Origin: Pseudodesulfovibrio mercurii
GTDB lineage: Bacteria; Desulfobacterota; Desulfovibrionia; Desulfovibrionales; Desulfovibrionaceae
DNA: 32,000 nucleotides
Assembly: GCF_000189295.2 (NCBI RefSeq)
Contig: NC_016803.1
Coordinates: forward strand, 840,001-872,000
Reading direction: 5' to 3'
Shown: positions 25,433 to 32,000 of the stretch, piece by piece
How the letters are laid out: every line of letters starts with the position of its first letter
Numbering within the stretch: position 1 is the first letter of the stretch
The notes under the pieces: model-generated
What the model saw: the letters and a program-made list of their open reading frames with translations, nothing else
Database searches by the model: none
What the model was told of the DNA's origin: nothing
Translations under genes and position numbers: made by a program

Positions 25433-27058
25433 ATGAAAGTGTCGACGTTCAAAACCGCCGGCAAGTTCTCCCTGCTCGTTCTCTCGCTGCTGGTCGCCGC
25501 GCTGATGCTGGTCGGCTGCAGCGGCGAGGAGAAGAAAGAGGCAGCCGAGAAAGCCGCCCCCGCTGCCCCTGAAAAAGTCACCCTCAAGCTCGCCATGGAT
25601 GCCGATCCGGTATCCCTCGACCCGCATGTCCAGCTGTCCGGCGGCATGCTCCAGTTCTCCCACCTGGTCTTCGATCCGCTCGTCCGCTACGACAAGGACA
25701 TGAATTTCGTGCCCCGTCTGGCCGAGAGCTGGGAACGCATCGACGACCTGACCATGCGCTTCCATCTGCGCAAGGGCGTCAAGTTCCACTCCGGCAACGA
25801 CTTCACCGCCAAGGACGTGGTCTTCACCCTCGACCGCCTGAAGAAGTCCGACGACTTCAAGGGTCTCTTCGAGCCCTTCTCCGGCGCCGTGGCCGTTGAC
25901 GACTACACCGTGGACCTGGTCACCAAGAAGCCTTACGGCCTGGTGCTCAACATGGCCACCTACGTCTTCCCGCTGGACAGCAAGTTCTACAGCGGCACCG
26001 ACGACAAGGGCAAGGCCAAGGACGCCATCGTCAAGACCGACTACTCCTTCGCCAACGAGAACGAGTCCGGCACCGGTCCCTTCGTGGTCACCAGCCGCGA
26101 GCAGGGCGTGAAGACCGTCTTCACCCGGTTCAAGGACTACTGGAACAAGGACACCGGCAACGTCGAGGAGATCATCCTCGCCCCGATCAAGAACGACGCC
26201 ACCCGCACCGCCGCGCTCATGTCCGGCGACGTGGACTTCGTCATGCCCGTGCCTCCGCAGGACCTGGACCGCATCAAGTCCACCGATGGTCTCCAGCTCG
26301 TGACCATGTCCGGCTCGCGCATCATCACCTTCCAGCTGAACCAGAAGCGCAACCCGGCCCTGGCCGACACCAAGGTCCGCCTGGCCATGGCCTACGCCTA
26401 TGACAACCAGGGCGTGGTCGAGAAGATCATGAACGGCTTCGCCACCGCGGCCGGCCAGATGTCCCCCAAGGGCTACGTCGGCCACCTCGACACCCTGGTG
26501 CCCCGCTACGACCTCGACAAGGCCAAGGCCCTGATGGCCGAGTCCGGCTACCCCGACGGCTTCGAGGCGACCATGATCGCCCCGAACAACCGCTACGTGA
26601 ACGACGAGAAGATCGCCGAGGCCTTCGCCTCCATGATGTCCAAGATCGGCATCAAGATCTCGCTGAAGACCATGCCCAAGGCGCAGTACTGGGATCAGTT
26701 CGACGCCCAGGTGGCCGACATCCAGCTGATCGGCTGGCACTCCGACACCGAGGACTCCGGCAACTTCTACGAGTTCCTGTCCATGTGCCGCAACTCCGAG
26801 ACCGGCTACGGCCAGTACAACTCCGGCAACTACTGCAACCCCAAGGTTGACGAGTTGACCCTGGCCGCCCAGACCGAGACCGATCCGGCCAAGCGCGCCG
26901 CCGACCTGCAGGAAGTGGAGAAGATCCAGTACGACGAAGCCGGCTACATCCCGCTGCACTGGCAGAACCTGTCCTGGGCTTCCAAGGCCAACATGAACAC
27001 CGAAGACATCGTGAACGTCATGAACTTCCCGTACTTCGGCGACCTGGTCATCAACTAA
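25433..27058 (+). CDS. ABC transporter substrate-binding lipoprotein, family 5 (peptide/nickel/opine type)
   Basis: GGAGGA SD 7 nt upstream of ATG 25433. Lipobox LVGCSG. LDPHVQLSGG...LVFDPLVRYD...VPRLAESWE is the family-5 SBP N-terminal pattern. Confidence 0.85.
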   Translation: MKVSTFKTAGKFSLLVLSLLVAALMLVGCSGEEKKEAAEKAAPAAPEKVTLKLAMDADPVSLDPHVQLSGGMLQFSHLVFDPLVRYDKDMNFVPRLAESWERIDDLTMRFHLRKGVKFHSGNDFTAKDVVFTLDRLKKSDDFKGLFEPFSGAVAVDDYTVDLVTKKPYGLVLNMATYVFPLDSKFYSGTDDKGKAKDAIVKTDYSFANENESGTGPFVVTSREQGVKTVFTRFKDYWNKDTGNVEEIILAPIKNDATRTAALMSGDVDFVMPVPPQDLDRIKSTDGLQLVTMSGSRIITFQLNQKRNPALADTKVRLAMAYAYDNQGVVEKIMNGFATAAGQMSPKGYVGHLDTLVPRYDLDKAKALMAESGYPDGFEATMIAPNNRYVNDEKIAEAFASMMSKIGIKISLKTMPKAQYWDQFDAQVADIQLIGWHSDTEDSGNFYEFLSMCRNSETGYGQYNSGNYCNPKVDELTLAAQTETDPAKRAADLQEVEKIQYDEAGYIPLHWQNLSWASKANMNTEDIVNVMNFPYFGDLVIN

Positions 27059-27094
27059 CGCCCAGACGGCTTGCATTAACCGGAAAATAACCAT

Positions 27095-27129
27095 AAAGGG
27101 GAACCCCGGCTTCGCCAGGGTTCCCCTTT
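27095..27129 (+). other. Intra-operon stem-loop after the SBP gene
   Basis: AAAGGGGAACCC (27095-27106) / GGGTTCCCCTTT (27118-27129), 12-bp perfect stem, 11-nt loop, no T-tract. A second palindrome CGGCCCCCGGGGCCG follows at 27141-27155. Confidence 0.6.
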
Positions 27130-27228
27130 CATACAAAACACGGCCCCCGGGGCCGGAACCGTTGCGGTCCACCCCCTTGCCCGGTCCACAATCCCGTGGC
27201 CGGAGAACATAAACGTCAACGAGTCAAC

Positions 27229-28206
27229 ATGTTTGCATTCACCGTAAAGCGAATCCTGCAAGCCGTGATCGTCATGCTGATCATCAGCTTCATCGGGTTC
27301 GCCATCAAACACAATTTCGGCGACCCGATCCGCGACCTGGTGGGTCAGCGGGTCACCGCGTCCGAGCGGGCGGAGATCCGCGAGCGCCTCGGCCTGAACG
27401 ATCCCTTTCCGGTGCAGTACGTGCGCTTCCTGCGCGATGCCCTGCACGGCGACCTGGGCCAGAGCTACTTCTTCAAGAAACCGGCCACCGAGGTCATCGT
27501 CAAGAAGGCCCCGGCCACCCTGGAGCTGGTCTTCTGCGCCGCGATGATCATCGTGCTCCTGTCCATCCCGCTGGGCATCTACGCGGCCATCCGGCCCAAG
27601 AGCCTCTTTTCCCGGTTCGTCATGGGCGGGTCCATCGTCGGCGTGTCCATGCCCGTCTTTCTCACGGCCATCCTGCTCATCTACATATTTTCCGTGGAGC
27701 TGCACTGGCTGCCCTCCTACGGCCGGGGGCAGACCGTGCTCCTGTTCGGCTGGTGGGACAGCGGCCTGGTCACGGCGGACGGCCTCAAGCACCTGATCAT
27801 GCCGTCCATCGCCCTGTCCTCGATCATGCTCCCGCTATTCATCCGGCTCATCCGCTCCGAAATGATGGAGGTCCTGGAGAGCGAATACGTCAAGTTCGCC
27901 TGGGCCAAGGGCCTCAAGCCCTGGCGCGTCTGGCTGGTCCACGCCTTCAAGAACACCCTGCTGCCGGTCATCACCGTGGGCGGCGTGCAGCTCGGCATCA
28001 TGGTGGCCTTCACCATCCTGACCGAGACCGTGTTCCAGTGGCAGGGCATGGGCTCCATGTTCATCGAGTCCGTGGAGCGGTCCGACACCTCGCTCATGGT
28101 CGCCTACCTGGTCTTCGTGGGCATCGTCTTCGTGCTCGTGAACACGCTGGTGGACATCATCTACGGCCTGGTCAACCCCACGGTCCGCGTGGCAGGGAGG
28201 CAGTAG
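27229..28206 (+). CDS. ABC transporter permease (DppB/OppB-like)
   Basis: MFAFTVKRILQAVIVMLIISF N-terminus is typical of DppB. Six-TM pattern. Start chosen at ATG 27229 rather than GTG 27196. Confidence 0.85.
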   Translation: MFAFTVKRILQAVIVMLIISFIGFAIKHNFGDPIRDLVGQRVTASERAEIRERLGLNDPFPVQYVRFLRDALHGDLGQSYFFKKPATEVIVKKAPATLELVFCAAMIIVLLSIPLGIYAAIRPKSLFSRFVMGGSIVGVSMPVFLTAILLIYIFSVELHWLPSYGRGQTVLLFGWWDSGLVTADGLKHLIMPSIALSSIMLPLFIRLIRSEMMEVLESEYVKFAWAKGLKPWRVWLVHAFKNTLLPVITVGGVQLGIMVAFTILTETVFQWQGMGSMFIESVERSDTSLMVAYLVFVGIVFVLVNTLVDIIYGLVNPTVRVAGRQ

Positions 28207-28207
28207 C

Positions 28208-29125
28208 ATGAGATCCCGCTGGCAACGCTTCAAAGACTCGTACATGCTCTACAGCTTCCTGCGCGACCCCATGGCCATGACCTGCTTCGTCATCCTGGCC
28301 GTGCTCTTCGTCACGGCCTTCGCCGCGCCGATCATCGCGCCGCACGACCCCTACAACACCAAGACCATCGACATCATGAACGCCCAGCTCCCGCCCATCT
28401 GGGAGCACGGCGGCAACTCCGACTTCCTGCTCGGCACCGACGCCCAGGGCCGGGACATGCTCTCGACCATGCTCTACGGCATGCGCGTGTCCATCATTAT
28501 CGGCATCGGCGCGGTCTGTCTCCAGGCCTTCCTCGGCATCGTGGTCGGCCTGCTCTCCGGATACATCAAGCGGCTGGACAACATCCTCATGCGCATCGCC
28601 GACGTCCAGCTCTCGTTCTCCACCTACATGGTGGCCATCTTCATCGGCGCCATCGTCCAGACCGCCTTCGGCGTGGCCGGGTACGACCGGGTCGCCGTGC
28701 CCCTGATCATCGTCATCATCGGCCTGGCCGAATGGCCGCAATACGCCCGCACCGTCCGCGCCTCGGTGCTGGCCGAGCGCAAGAAGGAATACGTGGAGGC
28801 GGCCCGGGTCATCGGCCTGTCCAAGTCCCGGATCATGTGGCGGCACATCCTGCCCAACACGCTCTCCCCGGTCCTCGTCATCTCCACGGTCCAGGTGGCC
28901 AACGCCATCATGAGCGAGGCGGCCCTGTCCTTCCTGGGACTGGGCATGCCCGTGACCAAGCCCTCGCTGGGATCCCTGATCACCGCCGGTTTCGAGTACA
29001 TCTTCTCCGGCTCCTGGTGGATCACCATCTTCCCCGGCATCCTGCTGGTCAGCCTGATCCTGGTCATCAACCTCCTGGGCGACTGGGTCCGGGACTTCCT
29101 CAACCCCAAACTCTACAAGGGGTAA
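28208..29125 (+). CDS. ABC transporter permease (DppC/OppC-like)
   Basis: ATG lies 1 nt after the upstream stop. LGTDAQGRDMLS motif and an EAA-like loop (EYVEAARVIGLSKSRIMWRHILPN). Confidence 0.88.
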   Translation: MRSRWQRFKDSYMLYSFLRDPMAMTCFVILAVLFVTAFAAPIIAPHDPYNTKTIDIMNAQLPPIWEHGGNSDFLLGTDAQGRDMLSTMLYGMRVSIIIGIGAVCLQAFLGIVVGLLSGYIKRLDNILMRIADVQLSFSTYMVAIFIGAIVQTAFGVAGYDRVAVPLIIVIIGLAEWPQYARTVRASVLAERKKEYVEAARVIGLSKSRIMWRHILPNTLSPVLVISTVQVANAIMSEAALSFLGLGMPVTKPSLGSLITAGFEYIFSGSWWITIFPGILLVSLILVINLLGDWVRDFLNPKLYKG

Positions 29126-29128
29126 GGC

Positions 29129-30100
29129 GTGGAAAAACTCATCGACATCAAGAACCTGCGCGTTGACTTCGCCCTACGCGCCGGCAGGGTCCGGGCCGTG
29201 CGCGACGTCAGCCTGGTGATCAACAAGGGCGAACGGCTGGGCATCGTCGGCGAGTCCGGCGCGGGCAAGTCCGTGCTCGGCTTCTCGCTCATCAACCTCA
29301 TCTCCAAGCCCGGCAAGATCACCGGCGGCCAAATTCTCTTCGACGGCCGCGACCTGACCAAGCTCAACGCGGACCAGATGCGCCACATCCGGGGCAACGA
29401 GATCTCCATGATCTTCCAGGACCCCATGATGACGCTCAATCCGGTGCTGACCATCGGCACCCAGATGAAGGAGACCATCCTGGCCCACATGGACGTCTCG
29501 GACAAGGAAGCCGAGGCCATCTGCCTGGACAAGCTGCGCAAGGTCTACATCCCCTCTCCGGAGAAGCGGCTCAAGCAGTATCCGCACGAATTCTCCGGCG
29601 GCATGCGCCAGCGCATTGTCATCGCCATCTCGCTGTTGACCAGCCCCAAGCTGATCATCGCGGACGAGCCGACCACGGCGCTGGACGTGACCATCCAGGC
29701 CGAGATCATGGACCTGCTCCTGGAGCTCTGCGAAAAGGAGAACATGGGGCTCATCCTGATCACCCACGACCTGGCCGTGGTCTCCGAGGTGACCCAGCGC
29801 ATCGCCGTGCTCTACGCGGGCAAGGTGGTCGAACTCGGGGCGGCCAGAGAACTCATCGAGAACCCGCAGCATCCCTACACCAAGGGGCTCATCCAGGCCC
29901 TGCCGCAGATGGCGGGCGGGGCGAAGCGGCTCAACCAGATCCCCGGCATGATGCCCTCGCTGCTGAACATGCCCAAGGGATGCCCCTTCGAGCCGCGCTG
30001 CACCGTGAGCTGCGAGCGGTGCAAGACCGAAATTCCCAAACTCCATGAACTCGGGAACGGCACCCAGGTCGCCTGTTTCATGTGCGAAGGAGGCGAGTAG
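29129..30100 (+). CDS. ABC transporter ATP-binding protein (DppD/OppD-like)
   Basis: GTG start. Walker A GESGAGKS, signature FSGGMRQR, Walker B IIADEPTTALD. C-terminal oligopeptide-transporter motif HPYTKGL. Confidence 0.9.
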   Translation: MEKLIDIKNLRVDFALRAGRVRAVRDVSLVINKGERLGIVGESGAGKSVLGFSLINLISKPGKITGGQILFDGRDLTKLNADQMRHIRGNEISMIFQDPMMTLNPVLTIGTQMKETILAHMDVSDKEAEAICLDKLRKVYIPSPEKRLKQYPHEFSGGMRQRIVIAISLLTSPKLIIADEPTTALDVTIQAEIMDLLLELCEKENMGLILITHDLAVVSEVTQRIAVLYAGKVVELGAARELIENPQHPYTKGLIQALPQMAGGAKRLNQIPGMMPSLLNMPKGCPFEPRCTVSCERCKTEIPKLHELGNGTQVACFMCEGGE

Positions 30101-30102
30101 CC

Positions 30103-31110
30103 ATGAGTGCCATCCTCGAAGTCAAGGACATCGATAAACACTTCGACATATCGGGCTCGGTCATCGACCAGCTGCGCTTCACCGGCGGCCGGATTCACCG
30201 CCGGAAGACCGTGGTCAAGGCGGTCAACAGCGTCTCCCTGGACGTCCAGGCCGGCGAGACCCTGAGCGTGGTCGGCGAGTCCGGCTGCGGCAAGTCCACC
30301 CTGGCCCGCACGGTCATGGGGCTGTACCGGCCCAACAAGGGCGAAATACACTACCGGGGGGCGCGCATCGACAACCTCAGCTCCCACAGGATGCTCCCCT
30401 ACCGGACCAAGATGCAGATGGTCTTCCAGGACCCCTACGCCTCCCTCAATCCGCGCATGACCGTGCGTCAGATACTGGAGGAGCCGGTCCGCTTCCACAA
30501 CCCGAACATGAACCGCGACGAAGTCAGCGACCGCGTGGCCGAGGTCATGCGCCAGGTGGGCGTGGACCCGGTCTGGGCGACCAACTTCCCGCACGAGTTC
30601 TCCGGCGGCCAGCGCCAGCGCATCTCCATCGCCCGCGCCCTGGTCCTGGACCCGGAATTCATCGCGGCCGACGAACCCATCGCGGCGCTCGACGTGTCCA
30701 TCCAGGCCCAGATTCTCAACCTGCTCATGGATGCCCAGGAGCAGCGCGGCCTGACCTACCTGTTCATCAGCCACGACCTGAGCGTGGTCGAGCACATCTC
30801 CAACCGCGTGCTGGTCATGTACCTCGGCTGCGTCTGCGAACTGGCCTCGGCCAAGGAGCTGTTCTCCAACCCGAAGCATCCCTACACCCGGGCCCTGCTG
30901 TCGGCCATCCCCAAGCTCGGCGGCAAGGCCGGGGGCCACGTCAAGCTTTCCGGCGACGTGCCCACCCCCATCAACCTGCCCACGGGCTGCGTCTTCCACG
31001 GCCGGTGCCAATATGCCGACGAGCGCTGCTCGCGGGAAATTCCCAAGCAGCACACCCTGGCCAATGGCACGGTGGTCGCCTGCCACGGCGTGGAGGAAGG
31101 CCGGATATAG
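30103..31110 (+). CDS. ABC transporter ATP-binding protein (DppF/OppF-like)
   Basis: GAAGGAGG SD upstream of ATG 30103. Walker A GESGCGKS, signature FSGGQRQR, Walker B IAADEPIAALD, and HPYTRALL. Confidence 0.9.
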   Translation: MSAILEVKDIDKHFDISGSVIDQLRFTGGRIHRRKTVVKAVNSVSLDVQAGETLSVVGESGCGKSTLARTVMGLYRPNKGEIHYRGARIDNLSSHRMLPYRTKMQMVFQDPYASLNPRMTVRQILEEPVRFHNPNMNRDEVSDRVAEVMRQVGVDPVWATNFPHEFSGGQRQRISIARALVLDPEFIAADEPIAALDVSIQAQILNLLMDAQEQRGLTYLFISHDLSVVEHISNRVLVMYLGCVCELASAKELFSNPKHPYTRALLSAIPKLGGKAGGHVKLSGDVPTPINLPTGCVFHGRCQYADERCSREIPKQHTLANGTVVACHGVEEGRI

Positions 31111-31134
31111 CCCGGCACCCCGTTCCCCGAACGC

Positions 31135-31175
31135 AAAAAGACGGCGTACCCCGAGGGGTGCGCCGTCTTGTTTTG
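31135..31175. terminator. Bidirectional rho-independent terminator
   Basis: 15-bp stem AAGACGGCGTACCCC / GGGGTGCGCCGTCTT (one G-U), flanked by A5 upstream and GTTTT downstream. Confidence 0.8.
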
Positions 31176-31207
31176 GTCTGGTTGGCGGATCGGCCGTCGC
31201 GGGCGGA

Positions 31208-32000
31208 CTAGAAGTCCACGCCGTACTTCTTGATGGCCGCCATGCCGCCGTGGATGTTGGTCACGTCCTTGTAGCCCTTGTCGTCGAGCATGATCTGCGC
31301 CTCGTAGGAGCGCGCCCCGGTGTTGCAGACCAGGACGATGGGACGGTCCCTGGGGATCTCGTCCAGCCGGTCGTAGATCTCGCCCTGGGGCACGTTGTGC
31401 CAGCACCCGGGGTTGCGTTCCACGAAGGGGTCGGCGTCGCCCTTTTCCCGGCAGTCCAGGAAGAAGCAGGCGTCCTTGTCGCGGTTGTCCCACAGCTCCT
31501 TGAACCCGGCCGGGCCCACGCCCCGGTTGATGCCGTTCAGGGCGTTGTCGGCCAGGTTGGCCAGGGTGTTGAGGATGTCCATGGCCGCGGCGAACGGCGG
31601 GGAATAGGCCAGCTCCATGTTGGACACGTCGTCGATGGTCGGGGCGGACTTGAGTAGCGCGGCCACCGCATTGATGCGGCCGACCATGGCGTCGCCCGAG
31701 GAACCGAAGCCCTGCACGCCGAGCACGCGGCGGGTGGCCTTGTCCACGGTCATCTCCAGGGTCATCAGCTCCTTGGTCGGGTAGAAATGGGCCCGGTCGA
31801 GCTGGATGAGCAGCACGGACATGGCGTCGAACCCGGCCGCCTTGGCCGACTCCAGGCTCATTCCCGTGCCCGCCATGGAGGTCTCGAAGAGTTTGACCAC
31901 GAAGGAGCCGACCACGCCGTCGAACTTGGACGACCCGCCGGCCAGGTTGGTGCCGATGATCCGGCCCTGGCGGTTGGCCATGGAGCCCAGGGGCAGGAAG
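31208..32000 (-). CDS. FAD-dependent pyridine nucleotide-disulfide oxidoreductase (CoA-disulfide reductase/NADH oxidase type) with C-terminal rhodanese domain; N-terminus outside window
   Basis: The frame stays open to base 32000 (..LPLGSMANRQGRIIG..). Dimerisation-domain pattern, then a rhodanese domain with active-site loop VCNTGARS. Confidence 0.75.
   Translation of the reverse strand, partial: FLPLGSMANRQGRIIGTNLAGGSSKFDGVVGSFVVKLFETSMAGTGMSLESAKAAGFDAMSVLLIQLDRAHFYPTKELMTLEMTVDKATRRVLGVQGFGSSGDAMVGRINAVAALLKSAPTIDDVSNMELAYSPPFAAAMDILNTLANLADNALNGINRGVGPAGFKELWDNRDKDACFFLDCREKGDADPFVERNPGCWHNVPQGEIYDRLDEIPRDRPIVLVCNTGARSYEAQIMLDDKGYKDVTNIHGGMAAIKKYGVDF

Overview
GC-rich, gene-dense bacterial chromosomal window. 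Gene content and codon bias resemble a Desulfovibrionaceae-type sulfate reducer (archaeal-type aroA' aldolase, feoAB with a Cys-rich FeoB-associated peptide, DUF4212/SSS symporter pair, PilZ, several lipoproteins); the taxon is inference only. Left to right: (1) a translationally coupled 7-gene nonulosonic-acid operon collinear with the Campylobacter legionaminic-acid leg/ptm genes (1-6739); (2) a small divergent membrane protein; (3) an iron-uptake operon of Cys-rich peptide, feoA and feoB (7460-10084) with a perfect 19-bp Fur-like dyad; (4) a Gate-domain membrane protein plus ridA; (5) a monocistronic aroA' (12014-12805) preceded by what I read as a Phe-codon leader-peptide attenuator (MHSNTARFFFFFSFIRNACGLGVR plus mutually exclusive antiterminator/terminator helices), the most interesting signal in the window; (6) Hpt, mltC and a membrane-anchored PilZ protein; (7) a minus-strand cluster of a DUF294-type nucleotidyltransferase, an extended GT9 glycosyltransferase with a Cys cluster, and two orphan proteins; (8) a DUF4212 + SSS symporter pair; (9) a small Gly-tailed ORF plus an 848-aa fused radical-SAM protein; (10) a lipoprotein; (11) a 5-gene Dpp/Opp-type ABC importer; (12) the 3' part of a CoA-disulfide-reductase-like flavoprotein with a rhodanese domain. 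I saw no rRNA, tRNA, CRISPR, transposase or integrase genes. A modular GC-rich intergenic repeat family occurs at least four times, always just 3' of a stop codon: three copies share an exact head GCCTCCGGCGGCC and exact tail GCCGCTTCGCG, two of these also carry a purine/pyrimidine hairpin, and the fourth copy is diverged. All functional calls rest on motif-level recognition by eye; no database searches or folding calculations were run.
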